From Vicugna vicugna (lineage: Eukaryota), in NCBI GenBank assembly GCA_013265495.1, contig MU058337.1, forward strand, positions 5,746,716 through 5,810,715: a DNA stretch of 64,000 bases, written 5' to 3'. This document shows positions 11,701-26,300 of the stretch, one piece after another (the stretch's first letter is position 1; every line of letters starts with the position of its first letter). Made by a program: the position numbers and the translations under genes. Below the pieces are notes generated by a model, which did not search any database, was not told where the DNA came from, and saw only the letters and a list, made by a program, of their open reading frames with translations.

Positions 11701-14291
11701 AGGCATTCCTTTTAGTTTCTGCTTGTACACACACCTGGGAATCATATGTAAATCTAGTAATTTTCATGTTCATTGTATATTCTCTTATTCTGTTTCTGAC
11801 TCACTCACTTTAAGAAAAGATGAACTTCCCAGACATTAAAGTGATGCCTAGAGAATCATTGTGAAAGCTTTGACAGATGTCACACCCAGGTACCAGTTAG
11901 TGAAGAATGCCACGTAAACTAGACCAAGACTCATGCCTGGAATTCTGTGTCTTTCATTGCCACGAAACATTTGGAGGACAATTATTGGAGTAATCACCTT
12001 GAAAGAAATTAAGCACAAATTTTATATTGCTTCATTGTCACTGAAGAAGGGAAGGGCAGTCGTAGAAAATGGGGGTGGGGGGACTGGGAAGAAATGGTAG
12101 ACATTTTTTTCTGTTTTCATCTTGCGTTGATTGCTTTTGAAGCGTTCTGCTTTCCAGGTTAACCCACTTAATTAGTTTTGATCTGAAAGGAGAAAAGGTG
12201 GCAGAGGCAGCTTTGAACGTGTCGTATTCTGTCTGCCTGATGACTTTTAATGTCCTTCCCGCCTTTTCTTCATGCTTCCAATCAAATTTTCTTTTTTAAA
12301 TATCATGCCCTTTGAGCTGATAACATTTTCCAATTGAAAATCCGCTTTGGGGACCTGGCTGGAGCAGAGGACCCCGGAGCTGTGGAGTGCAGCGTGCCGC
12401 GTAACGGGCTTTCGCTGCATGCGTGCATCCCTGGCTGCGTCCCGGCCACAGAGGAGCCGTCAGTAGATTTGAACCCATCCAGCCTTCCCTTGGAAGCAGT
12501 TGACCTAAGTCCTGGACCAGAAGTGAAAAGAAAGTCAGCCGTCCAATCAGACTGCAGGGGTGCGGCACGGTTACATGCATCATTTTATTAGATTGCTGAA
12601 CCTGACAGAAGTTTGGTGTTCTATTTCTAAGGAATTTTTTGTGTTTCCAGAGTTTTGTTTAAGTGTTTTTTTACATAAATCTTTTTTTCTTCCCTTTCTT
12701 TTCAGGTTGCTGGTGTTGTGGGCCGAGCAGACCTCCTGGGTGCCCTGTTTTTTCTGTTATCTTTCCTTGGCTACTGTAAAGCATTGAGAGAAGGTAAGCA
12801 TGATATTTTGCCTTCTTAATTTTGCATCTTCTTCATGTTTCTGTCCTGTCGAGCAGTGTTTTAACAGGTGGGAAAGGGTCCATTTATATACGTTTATCAC
12901 TTTGAAGGAATGTGGGTCAAAAGGGGTAAACTCTTTTTAGAGATGTCTGTTCCTCCATTGCTTTTTCAATAATAGAAAGTCCACGCTTCAGTGTTCGTAT
13001 GGGAGTGTCCTGTTGGGCAGTGAAACCAAGAGCTGCTCCGGGTGCTAAAGCGGTTCTGAATGATTTTTGTGGGTTTTTTTTTAATTTCCAGCAAACTTGT
13101 AGCAGAAAAAACTTTTGGGTTTTTTTTTATTACATTAAAATCTGTTGGAGAAAAAAAGTAGAAAAAATGCTAAAATGTATAGCTGTGAATATGCACAGCT
13201 ATGAACTATTAGGTTCTTATTTTTTCATTATGTTATTAATACTTACAAAGAAATTTGTTGTTGGAACCAATAGAGTTAACATGACCAGTTGTGTGTGTTG
13301 GGGGCGGCGGTCGGGGGTGGGGGATTGCCTGGTTATTAGTAGCGGTGCATTCATTGACAGCCAGTCACATCCCTGCATAATTCTACTCATTATATGGATT
13401 TTGATCATCTCTAAGTCAAATCATACCTTCCAAATTGTTTTACAGTGAAAGTTGGCTATGACACATTTAGCCTATATAGCAGTTATACATGCTGGCCCTG
13501 GCAACAGTGTTACACATTCAACTTCTGTTATAAAGTCAATTTATGGACTGAAGGACTCTCCCTTTATATATCACAATCCATTGCTATTTTGGGGGAAGAG
13601 GGGAAGAAAAGGGTCAGAGGGAAGATGTCTGTAAAATGCTCGAGCAGGGCGATGTCAGCAGAAGCGCGTGTCCTTTGGCTTCCTTGAGTCTTTCCTGCAG
13701 TGTTTCTCAAAGCTTAGGTTCAGTCCAGGCCGGCCAGGGCCTTAATGTTGTTGTTCACATACTAATGCTCGTCCTTGGATTTCTCCTGTCAATTGATCTC
13801 TTATTCATAAGGAGGGACAGACCACTCATTCAGGATTTTGGATCTACTGGGGCTGGTGGGGGTGTTCACTCAGGGCTGGTAAACAGGGGCCCATGAGCTA
13901 CATCCAGCCCACAAGCTAATAATGATTTTTACAGTTTTAAATCATTGGGGGGGAAAAACCCCACAAGAATAGTATTTGGTGACATGTTAAAAGTTACATG
14001 AAATTCAGATTTCAGTGTCTATAGATAAAGTTTTATTGGAACGCAGGCATGTCCATTTGTTTTCGCAGAGTTAGGAGTTTCAGTAGAGCCTAAAATACTT
14101 ACTTTCCTGTCCTTTACAAAGTTTGCCAACCCCTGGGACAGATGATTGACAAGCCATTGTCACCATCCTAGTGGTTCCAAAAGGTTTTTTAGCAAGGGTT
14201 AATAGGGAGTTTCCAGCAGGAAGTTTTTTTACTTATGAAGGGAGGTGAGTTTGCTGTTAATATAGTTAGTTGCCGTTTATTGACTATCTGC

Positions 14292-14322
<31 letters not shown>

Positions 14323-17300
14323 ATTTTTCTCATTTAATTATGTTAAAATCTTTAAGATAGGTGGAGTTACTTTCCCTGTTTTCCGAATGTAAGACTCAGA
14401 GTTTAAGTAACTCCTGCAGGATCACACAGCTGTTCATGGCAGAACTAGGTTCACACTTTGAGTGTAACAACTCACTTCAGAGCCAGCACCAACCACGGTG
14501 GGCTCTTCTGCTCCCCTGTACTCCTGGGACCAGGGACGCAAGCTTCAAAACAGTCATTAATAATAGACAGGAGGGACATTCAGTTCTGTTCTGTTAATGA
14601 ATTGTTAAAATGTTAGGTTGGATAGTGACATAGAAGGTATGTTTTAAAAACTCTCCCTTTCTCTTAGAGACATATGCTGAAATATTTGTTTACGGATGAA
14701 ATGGTAGAAAGTCTGGGATTTGTCTCAAAATAATCTGAGAGGAGGCAGGAAGCGTGTTGGCATATAGATGAAGCCAGACTGGTGGGAAGTCGATAATTGT
14801 CTGAGCTGAGTGATGGGGACGTGAGTTCCTGTGTCAGCATCTCTACTTTTGTGTATGTTTTTTGTTTTTTCAAAAAGGTGTTTGTTTTTTTTTAATGCCC
14901 AGGTTAAGTCACCAGATAAAGAATCAACAAATTTTGGTGACTTGCACCTTTTACTCTTTAAAACATTGCGTTTAAGATAACCAAATGATATATGTTTAAG
15001 CATTTTTTTCCCTTTCAGCATGACATGTAACAACTGACTATTTAATAATTTTATTATGGAATTGGGAGGGAATGTTTAAGACTAAACTATAATAATATCA
15101 TTTAGCAATTAAACATGAAAAACCTAAAATATTAGAAAAGGCAACTAGCAAGTTTAATTTTAACTGGCAAATTTGTGAAGTATTCAATACTAAAGAACAT
15201 AGGCAATTCATAAATAATAAGTCAGACAATAAAATGAACACCTGTGAACTCATCTCCCAATTTGAAAAAAATCACGTTTTCTGAAATATAAACAATGTGA
15301 CATCTCCTGCCCCCACCCATCCCCCATGGCCTCAGCCCTGGGCCCACAGGCACTGTCCTGTCCCTGAGGTCTCTGTGTGGGTTTGGGAGAACCATTTAGA
15401 AGGTCCAGCAGCATCCTCTTCCTTTCGTCTCCCTCCCTGCAGCTCCCAAATGCCGAGAGCCCCCAACATAGGCGCAGGTCGGGCTGCTTACCTTAGCGTT
15501 TGCTCTCAAAGATTCTGAAAGTGTTTCTAAATCAAGCTTACCTTCCAAGATATGTTGTCCTGAGGTGAAGATGGCCCACAGACAGATTCTTCTCTTACGA
15601 TTTTTTAATGTCTTGTAAATTCGTGGGAATTCCCCAGTAGACGCAAAGCAAGGAAGCAGTTATATTATTTAAATCCCAATAGGCTTATTTTCTTCTTCTT
15701 GTGGTGAAATACACATTGCATAGGATCGACCACTTTAACCATTTTTAATTTAAAAATCAGTTCAGTGGCGTTAAGTACACTCTCATTGTTTGTGTAACCA
15801 TCACTACCATCCATCTCCAAAGGTTTTTCATCATCCCAGACTGAAACCTTGTGCCCAGTTACTCCCCATTCTCCCTAGCCCTAGCCCCTGGCAACCACCA
15901 NNNNNNNNNNNNNNNNNNNNNNNNNNNNNNNNNNNNNNNNNNNNNNNNNNNNNNNNNNNNNNNNNNNNNNNNNNNNNNNNNNNNNNNNNNNNNNNNNNNN
16001 NNNNNNNNNNNNNNNNNNNNNNNNNNNNNNNNNNNNNNNNNNNNNNNNNNNNNNNNNNNNNNNNNNNNNNNNNNNNNNNNNNNNNNNNNNNNNNNNNNNN
16101 NNNNNNNNNNNNNNNNNNNNNNNNNNNNNNNNNNNNNNNNNNNNNNNNNNTGAATAGTGCGACTATGAACACTGATGTGACCCATAGGCTTTTTTTAAAA
16201 GAGCGATAAACAACTTTTGACCCTTTAGGTTTTTTCTACAAAAAGACTTAGGCAGGATTGCAAATTCCTTTGGGACAGGCTGCACTGTTTTGATGTTCGA
16301 GGTATTTATAGCTATAAACCTGGAACCTCCGTATAGGAAGTACCCATAGTTTCCAAGGGCGGATTGGGAAGGGCCTATGAGAAGGGCGCCTGCTCCACTC
16401 GTTCCTGTACAGCTAAACGCAGGGCTCAGGTTGTGTCTCTCGAAGTACCAGTTCCCTCAAACCTGTGACTCTGCTAAGACACAGTGCAAGGGTGACCCCC
16501 ATGGCCCCACACTGTGCCGTGCTCACTCGGGACATGGTCATACCCAGCCACTCCCCATCCTCTTTTCTTCTTGTCGGTTTATCACACCACCACTTTTTCC
16601 TGTGACTCATCATTTTTCTGATACAGCAGAGAGTTTGGGGACAGCCGAATAGAACAACCTCAAGAATAGAGAATAGTGGGGGTAACTTTTCTTCCCGAGA
16701 CTGAAAGTCAACTTCACGTTAAGGCATGTCCCCTCTTCTGGGGTCAGGCTCACCCCACCCATGGTGACTGTAAAACTCCCAAGAGCCACAGAGATCTGAG
16801 GGTGGGTGGGGAGGGACTGCACAAGCCCCACCGGTGTGGCGTTTCCGTGGGTGATGGGAGTGGGGGGGGTGCGCTGACTCCTCACTGTTACGTTCGTTAC
16901 AAGCAGTGGCGCTATCTGCATTGTTGTGGGGGTTTTGTTTGCATTTCACTCTATGTATTTACATTTTGCTGTTGTCTTGTGTTCTTAAGTTAAATCTGAA
17001 TTTGCAGTCAGGTAGGATAACAACATATCAGTAGTCATATTGTTCCTCGAAAAAAATTAAAAATTAAGTGTTGGCTTTTCTCATAGACATTTCTAAAGTT
17101 TGGTGAAGTATCATTTTATTAATTTTAACATATCCTCCCTTAAAGTAACTACTCCTTATTCTGAATGGATTTCAGAGACATCAGAAGGCTCTTTGAGGAA
17201 AGTACTAAATATCGATAGATTTAATATTTGGACACATCATTAAAGAGATAACAATAGAACCTCTCACTACTTGCTCTTGTAGAATAATGGAAAAACTATC

Positions 17301-20300
17301 AGGAGACTAAAAATTCTTCTATCAAGTGACCTGGTATTTATTAGTTTCCTTTAATGAAGTAGTCCCACAGAACGGTGAAAAACTGCAAACATTTTGTATT
17401 CTTTTCCTAGATCCTTTTGCTAGCCTTTTCTGTGTTCCAATTCACAGATGTGCCTACTCTCATATATGTGTCTGTTTTCATTCATTTGTAAATTATAAAA
17501 TTATTTCCAAGAGCCATCCATGCAAAAGACAGACTTTTTAAAAATAAGGCCTTTGGAAAGTAATACCAAAGGTAAAAGTGTTTGATATATGATGGTTTTT
17601 CAATGAAGACTTTGATTCATGAGAAATTAGTGAAGTTTATTTTAGTGCTAATGGCACTGTGATATATTAGCTGTTAGTAGCAATATAACGTCCTTTTTTG
17701 GCCTGGTAGCTATTCTTTTAACATTTTTTAGTATGTTTACTTTAAAACGGAAAGAGATTGTCATAGGCCTTTCGTGTGAAGTATGTAAATGTTGTTGAGA
17801 AAGCTAACCTGGAAATGGTGTTTGCACAGCCTAGCAGTGGTTGGTGTGGCTTCTCTGAAAAGCCTCTCAAGAATATGAATAGATTTTCATTTGGTTGTTA
17901 CTTGGAACAGTTAGAAGATGAAAAGCTCGATTGGGAAACCTTCAAGAAGCCTTTCTGTTGACCTCTTGTTTACAGGCTGGATCTGTTTTCCTGTTCCCTG
18001 GAACCCTCTTTAGGAAAAGAGTGGATTCCAGTGGAACCTGTGGCCCCACCTCCAAAGGTGCCGGCCTTTGCCGTCACCCACAGCTCATTTAGGCTTTGGA
18101 AGATGTAAAGCTCTGGGACGTTACCCCTCTGCACACGTGCAGGCCTTGGTGCCTTGATCCGGAAAGTTATTCTCAGCCGTGGACCTCTGTGTCCTTTTGT
18201 GCTCTGACTCTGTCCACCTGCCCACGCAGGCTTTGAGTTACAGACCATAATCCTTTTCTCTTGGGAGTTTAAAGCCGGTAGTTGAAAACACGCATCCCCT
18301 AACTGCACCCTCGGTGTTCTGAGTGGGTTTTCACTGCTGTTTCCATCGCCCACTGGCTGTTTTCATATCACAGACTATCGGCGAATGATTGAATTCTGCC
18401 TCCCAAGTTCATTGCTGGTCTGGGGGCACAGAGTGACTTGGATTCTTCAGAGAAGGACTTATACTGAGTTAGCAGCTGGCCTGGGAGCAGCCCTGGGGCC
18501 TACACCTCAGGCAGTTCTCTGACCCACCCGGACCAGGTTTGGTGCCCTGAGCCCCACCCTCTGTAACCTCGGGACAGAGCAAGGCGGGACACTGTGACCC
18601 ACTGCCCAGCCCTGGCCCCCTCTCTCCGCTCGGCCGGCAGCACCGGAACAGCCCCTCCTCTCTGCCAGCCTCCCCTCCCCCACCCAAATCCCCCCCCCCT
18701 CCATNNNNNNNNNNNNNNNNCCCCTCCCCCACCCAAATCCCCCCCCCCTCCGTCTCATTATCCCCTAAACCAGTGCAGATGAAGCCAGGTGGCACTCTCC
18801 TGGGTCTCTGCTGACAGTCGCTGTGTTTTCAGCAACCCTTCTGCGTTTCAGATTTTCTGACCTCCTTTTTCAACTTTTCACAGGCTCAGAACGAAGACTG
18901 CTTCTTTGTTTATAGACAGCAACTCTCTAGAATAACTCTTAAACATCATTTTAATGTTCAACTTCATGAATATGGTGGCTCAGGGTCTTTTTTTAAGCCA
19001 AGCAAGGTTTTCACAAATTAATAATACCTTCGCAGAGGAGAAGCAGTAAGAACCGTATGTGCAAAAATAACTCCAGTTAAGGCATTTGTGAGAAGACACT
19101 TTCTGATTCTGTTCTGAAATCACATGTAGGCTTGTCGGCTTGGGTCACTCATTCTTTCACCATTTAGTGATCAAACATTAAGGGCATCCTTGTAACAGGC
19201 CCTCGGTCGGCGTTGGGAATATACCAACTAGGAGGACCTAGTCCTTGCCCTGGAAGGGCTTAGAGCTCAATGTATTTTGATTAACATTCAGAGTGCTCAA
19301 GGCGAGGAGGGCTCGGATTCTCCATTCATCCCTGTTCACTGTTCCTCCCTGTACCCACCTCAGAGCCGGCACTGAGTAAGTGGCCCCTTCTCATGTGCAG
19401 AATTGATACCTATGGCCTTGGGAATGTTGCTTTCTTTTTTTTTTTTTTTTTTTTTTTTTTTGGTCACTTTGCCCTGAAATGTGCATTTTTGAGATATAAT
19501 TGACATATAACATTGTATTCGTTTTAGGTGCACAATATAATGATTCGATATTTGTATATATCATGAAATGATCACCGCAGTGTGTCTGGTTAACATCTGT
19601 TACCACCTGTAGTTATAAAATTTTTCTTCTGATGAGAACTTTTAAAGTCTACTCTCTTAGCCTCTTTCAAATACACAGAACAGTATTGTGGGCGATAGTC
19701 TCCGTGCTCTATGTTACATCCCCAGGACTTATTTATTATTTATCTTGTACCTTGAAGTTTGTGCCTTTTGACCATCTTCATCCATTTCACACCTCCCTTC
19801 AATCAATCTGTTCTCTGGATCTGTGAGTTCAGTTTTATAGGTTTCTTTTTAATGATTCCACTTAGAAGTGAGATCATACACTATTTGTCTTTCTCTGTTT
19901 AACTTATCTCATTTAGCATAATGCCCTCAAGGTCTATCTGTGTTGTGGCAAATGGCAAGATTGCCTTCTTTCTTATGGCTGAGTCATATTGCAGTGTGTG
20001 TACACATTTTCATTGTGTACCCATCTGTCAATAGACACATTGTTTTTGTGTCTTGGCTATTGTAAATAATGCTGCAGTGAACATGGGGGTGCAGCTATCC
20101 TTTTGAGATAGTGATTTTGCTTCCTTCGGGTAAATATCCAGGCGTGGAATTGCTGGGTCATATGGTACTTGTGTGTTAAAGTGTAAACTTCCTTTATCTA
20201 CTCTATTAAATTCCCTTCAGTCCAGCAGAGCAGAGCTCTTGATACTAATGGACATTCAAGTGTATATATTTTCATTTGGACTTTGAGATACCCTAAGAAA

Positions 20301-23300
20301 TAGTCACACATTTTTATTGTCCCCTGTCTTGTCAGCGTGGAGCACACAAAAAGCCAAGGGTAAGCACGTGTCCGGGCAGGGCTGAGTCTTCCCTCCAGCT
20401 TCTCGTGGTGCCCACATGTTTGTAAGCGTGCGGCTAAGAATCAGAGCTCTTTTGTGATAGAAGTTCAGTCCAATATTTATTGGATACAAATAATAATAAG
20501 TGCTATTTATTGTTTAAACTTATGTTTAAAGTGACTTGGTCTTTGTTGTTGTTGGATCTGAACATAAATTCAAAGAAAGGTCGGCATTCTTTACTCATAA
20601 ACCTGAAGTTCAAGACAGGTTTTTTTTATTTTTACAGAGGCACAGATTTAATATTTTTTATAAGGGAACAAAAAAAATTGAGTGGTCTGAAATTAATGAT
20701 TTAACTAGTTAGAAAGCACTTCGAGGGTACATTTCTTTTTGATAACCTCATTGGCTTTCTTTATAGATGCAATGTTTGTATTACAAAACTCTGGACAATT
20801 TTTAACTTCCTGAGTTTATTAACAAACAAGTCTGTGCTAACCCCTGGAATCCTGGCATTTTTAGAGAGCAAAAAAAAAAAAACCTATTCACATAACATTT
20901 GTCTGCCTTTTTTTTTTTTTTCCGTTTTTAAATAGAATATCTCCAGGCAAGAGCTTTTAGAACAGAATCTTTTTTTAAAAAAGGAAATATCCTTATAAAG
21001 AAAGCATAATTATTCTTAAAAAAAAAAAAAGAAAAGAAAATCACTAAACCCGATGAGGTTGATGGTGTGCTGGATATTATTTCTGAATGCCCAAGATGGA
21101 AAGTATTATTCTTATGATGAGAATTGATCCTTCTCTTAAAGCCTAGTATTTTGGGTTGGAAACAGGTAATCTCTCTGCACAATAAAGTTGATAGAATAGC
21201 CAGAACAATTTCTTTTATAAACTAGTACCTTAGAATATTGTTTCATGGGAGTTAGGACTAAGAAGAGAAATTTGAGTCTCATTTATGGTGGGGAGGATAG
21301 ACTCTTTTCAAGAGAGGAAGGGATTTGCTGCATGTCTAGAATAACTGTTTAAAATTCTAAACTATTATGCAAGACAAGCTCTCTAATCTCAGTCGATCTA
21401 AGTTCTTAAACTTTCATTGCTATGTTGTGCTCCTTATCATAGTTCAGGCAGCTAAAACAGGATAGCTCTTAACTATTCGGATATCATTTCCTCCCATTTT
21501 CCATTCTTATTTAAGACATCTCTCTTTTTTTAATTAATAAAACAGAAACAGTCTCACAGGCATAGAAAACAAACTTATGGTTATTGGGGGAAAGGGGAGT
21601 CAGAAGGGATAAATCGGGTGCTCAAGATTTGCAGATACACACTACTATGTATAAAATAGGTAAACAACAAGTTTCTACCATATAACACAGGGAACTATAT
21701 TCAATATCCTGTAGTAACTTGTAATGAAAAGGAATGTATGTATATGTAAGAAATTTTTTTTCTTTGACTTGGAATCATACAGCTTAAAAAAATTAGGGCG
21801 ATTGTGTAACTCACATAGTCTAGGGCACTTGTTTTTAGATTTGGGGTCCTCGCCATCTGAACTGTGACAGCAGTATTCATGTGTGTTCTCTCCCCCCCCA
21901 CCCCCTCTTCACGTTCCTTTGGTTCCTACACTGCTGGGATTTTCCCAGAATGATCCCATGTTTTAGAACAGCAGTGTCTGACTTCTTTTCTCCTGTGGGG
22001 GGAACACACTGCTTGGTTGGCTCCTGCTTTTGGAACAAGAATCTGATGCTCATTGTGTAACTCTGGCAGAGGGAGTTGGGGCCACCTGTCGGGGTGGAGT
22101 GATTCCCCCACACACCACGATAGTGTGCCAGCTTCCAGGCAGTGGGCATGCCAGGCGTGGAGTGGTGAAGAGGGTAGGTCACATAACGTGATGCTTTTTC
22201 TGAAAGATCTTCCCACTCGAAAGTAGTGCCAAATCCGAGGCGCATGCTTCATTAATTTGATCACATCTGTTGGCACTTGTGGGTGTTAGCACTGACGAGT
22301 ATCTTTCTGTTGGTGCATTTGGGTTTTTTATTTTCCCCTGTGCTCTCCCCCTACCTCATCCCTACTCCACTGCCCATTAGCCTTTGCCTCCACTTACCTA
22401 AGTGATTGAATTCTTTTAGATAATAGAGACATACACTGAAACAAGGAAAACATTTTCCAAGCCAATCTTTGTTCAGTCCTGGATTATATAAACTGTTGAT
22501 GTTTGCTAATGCTGCACAATTATTCTAGAGCAAGTAGTCTTCTTAAGTAATGAGAGATGTCACACGGTATAAGAATAGTTTTTTTTTTTCCTTTTAATTT
22601 CCTCTCCTGGGTCATTGCTGCTTAAAATTTAGCAGACGGGATGGAGATGAGGTGGAGAACTCTGTCTAAGCCTGAGCTGCTTACACCAGAGCTGTGCACC
22701 AGTTAGAATTCCCTATTTGGGGAAGACTTTTTTGAATAAAAATAATCATAAATGCATCTGCACTGGAGGCGATATCTGCCTCTCAGGATTTATTTTTACT
22801 GTTTTTAACAGTTACTTCTGAATTTGTAATTGAAAGAATCAGTTCTTACTATGCCTTTTCAATATTCCTTATGTAATTTTTTTAAATAATTAATTTTTTT
22901 TAAAGAATCTTTTACATGATGGAGATTCTTCCATTGTGAGGAGTTTCAGAGTCTAAAAGTGAAAAGTCTTGACTTCTGGCTGTATTTGTTTACATCAAGC
23001 AAATGATTAACTTTTTGGTATTCAATTACATCTCATAATTACCTTCAAAATACAGTAATATAACAAGACATGATAGACATGGAAATAAATGAAACTATTG
23101 ACTCATATTTATTGAGTACCAACTGTATGCAGGGTGGCCTACTGTAATCTGTTTCAGTTGTCTTATTTAGATGCTCACACTTGGGAATAAAAGAATGGCT
23201 TACATTAGTTACTAAATAAAAACATACTCCCCAAAAATACAAGTCCAACTTTATCTATATTATGCTGTATATTGGCCATTATTAGCATTAGTTACCTTGA

Positions 23301-26300
23301 CAAATTAATACTCTAAGAAAATCTTAATTTGAGGCATTAGATGGAAAACTATGCTAGAGCAAGTCTTATTCCCAGAAGTCTAGGCTGGACTGTCCCCAAA
23401 CTCAGGACCACTTCCCCGTTGATTATTTAATTTGTGTAAGGCCTTTCTTGATCACCTCCAGTACTAGAAACATTTGATCAATGCTGTGCAGGTTGGCCTT
23501 GGTTTTTCGTGAACCTACGTACCACACATCTGTGAAGAGGACCCCTTTGATTTATATAAAATAGTAAAGATACTGTTAACCCTTGAACAACACAGGTTTG
23601 AACTGTGTGGGTCCACTTGTAGGCAGATTTTTTTCAACAAATATGTACGTAAGTACTACAGGACCAGATGTTGGTTGAATCCCCAGATGCAGGACTGCAG
23701 ATACCAAGGAACATGGAGGGCCGGCTGTAAAGTTATATGGAGGTGCTGACCCCTAACCCTTGCGTTGTTCAAGAGTAGAATATATTGGTTAAACTCAGCT
23801 TTCCAGTTTGGATTCTGGGAAAGCTGAAGCATGTGTGCATGCTTAGTCATATGACTCTCGATAACACATCAAGTGGCTAATCCAGTGGGGGTTGGGGAGA
23901 AGACTTGGGTTTAAATAGGCAACTCATTTCATATTTTCTGACTTTTCAAAGGCAGACATAGCCATGTGCAGATCATTTCATCTGTGAGCTGGATCACTGA
24001 GCACAGGGTGTAGACGTTGCTGTGCAATAGGAAATAAAGTGTGAGCCATGCATGTCATTGCAAATTTTCCAGTAGCCACGTTATTTGAAAAAAGATATAT
24101 ATATATCCATATATATATATGGATATATATATGGATATATATATATATATATGTAACTGAATCACAATGTGGTACACCAAACATTGACACAACATTGTAA
24201 ATCAACTGTGCTTCAATAAAAAAACCTATGGGGTGAGATTAGGGAGAAGGCTGTCCATAAATCTGAAGGCTGTGTTTTTTTATGTAATTATTTTTCTGTA
24301 TTTGGTGAAATCTCCGATTCAGCCATCTGAAGCCATTTTAACTTGCAGACAAATGGAGCTCGAGTCCATCCCTTCCACATCCCTGTAGTACTTTAACTTC
24401 GCGTTAATGGAGTGCTTTCAGGAGCGGTCCTTTGGGTGTTTTAACGGAGGAACTGGGAATGTTTTTCCTATCCGACACCACTGGTCTGTGGAGGGGAAAT
24501 TAATCCCTGTTACAGTCACGTAAAATACAAGCTAATTCAGTTTTCCTAGGACGAAGTGTACGGTGGTCAGGGAACTTGCTTTTAATGTTAAGGACAGGGA
24601 ACGTTACATTGGGAACTCATATTAGTTTTCATTAAGAGGCATGAACACAGACTGTGGGAGTAGAAGCTTAAGGGACCAAACCCAGGTAATGGGGAGAGGG
24701 AGGGAGAGGTCCATTCGGTTTCTAGTGAACTGCTAAACCTAATGCGTAGTGGGCGTGAAAAGATGGCTGAGGTCAGCCTACAGCGCCATCTCCCATGCTG
24801 GGCCTGGAGGTGTGGGGTCTGCAGTGGCCCAGGAGCCGGGGCTGGGAGTGTCTTCTATCCTGTGGAGGAGATTCCGTGGTAATTAGTAGGTTCATTTATA
24901 ATTAAAGGTGTCTGTGTGCATATAAACTGCTGATATGAGAAAATCCTGGAAGTGGTTGGACACAGAGTCGGGACATTGTGTTACTCAGGAGGCAGGGCTA
25001 AATGAACCACAGGGACGCTGGGGTGGAGAGGACCAGCCTTAGGATGCCATCTTCCATCCATCTCTGTCGTGTGTCGGGCTGGGCTTCCCCAGGCTCCGGC
25101 GTGGTGCCTGGCGAGTGTCATCACCCCTGTTTTGCCAGCTGGACCCTTGAGCTTTCCTAAAACGTGCGGAGCCTTTCTCAAAATCATATCCTAAGAGGAA
25201 TTAAGTGATACATTAGCTTCAGGGTTATTTTGACCATATTTTTTTTAAAGTCTTGGTGTCTGTGAACACTTGTCTGCTAATGGCTGCTAGCAAATGCCTG
25301 AAGAAAATAACACATTCGAGTAAATGTATAAACGCAATCACGTTGAATACAACAGGGCTTTGTTGTTGTGGCTTGTAATCGTGACCTCTCGGTGTTACCT
25401 ACGTAATGTAGTTAGTTTCTACAAGGGAAATCGTCCTTAGTCTGCTTGGTGGAACTGAATGTTCTGATAGATAATGGTTTTCCATAAAGAGAGCTTGACT
25501 TCCAAGCACTGTGCTGCCTGAGCTATTGGGGAGACACCGCTTCAGGGCAGCCGGAGGCAGGAGGAAGCCTCACTCTAAGAAAGTGGGTTCAGACAACGAA
25601 CTCAAACAACCCAGTGTTAAAACCGGAATGGGCTGTCGTGGGAAGTGACACCCATCGCTGGATTTCCTGCAGTCAAGGCCGTGTGGCCCCCTGCTGGAAG
25701 CATCTTGGAAGGGGTTCAGCCTTTCCACCCCTGCAGGGGCAATTATAGGCACAAACTCCAAGAGGCACGACAGCTATTCCTACCTCGTGGGTCTGTGGTT
25801 AGTCAGCTCCTCGCCCCTTCGGGGAGATCGTGGACCCTCATTTCGTTCACCAAGCACCCGTTGCCTTTCCAGAGTCAGGTGCTACAGAGTCTGTCCACAA
25901 AATTGTGAGTTACTCCAACAAGCCAGGCCAGGTCCCAGGATGCAGCTGTGAGCAAGCTTTCCGTCCAGGGCAGGTGATGCTCCTCAGCCGTGAGCATCAG
26001 AATCACCTGGAGGCCTGGTTAACAGGCCGATGGCTGCGCTGCACCCTGCAGGTCTAGGTGGGGCCTGGGAGTCTGCCTTTCTTACCAGACCCAAGGACAG
26101 GTCCATGGACCACACACTGTGAGCAGTGCAGGGCAGAGGTCTCAACTTGGGGTGATGTCTTCTCCCCAACCTCCAGGACGTTTGGCAAACTGACGTTTTT
26201 GGTTGTCACAACTGAGAGCCAGGAGCGCTACTGTCCTTTCCTGGGTAGAAACAAGGGAGGCTGTTAAACATCCTGCGATGCACACACAGCCCCGACAGCA

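Noticed and set aside
15790-16209. ORFs full of X at 15790-16209, 18469-18795 and 57757-58089
   Set aside because: Artefacts of translating N gaps.
20871-20921. A-run and T-run that could pair as a hairpin
   Set aside because: Low-complexity runs are frequent here and an A-U stem is weak.
21538-24224. Two L1 3' fragments that looked like one element split by a 2.4-kb insertion
   Set aside because: They overlap in L1 coordinates (both contain the tgaaaa...atat block), so they are independent insertions.
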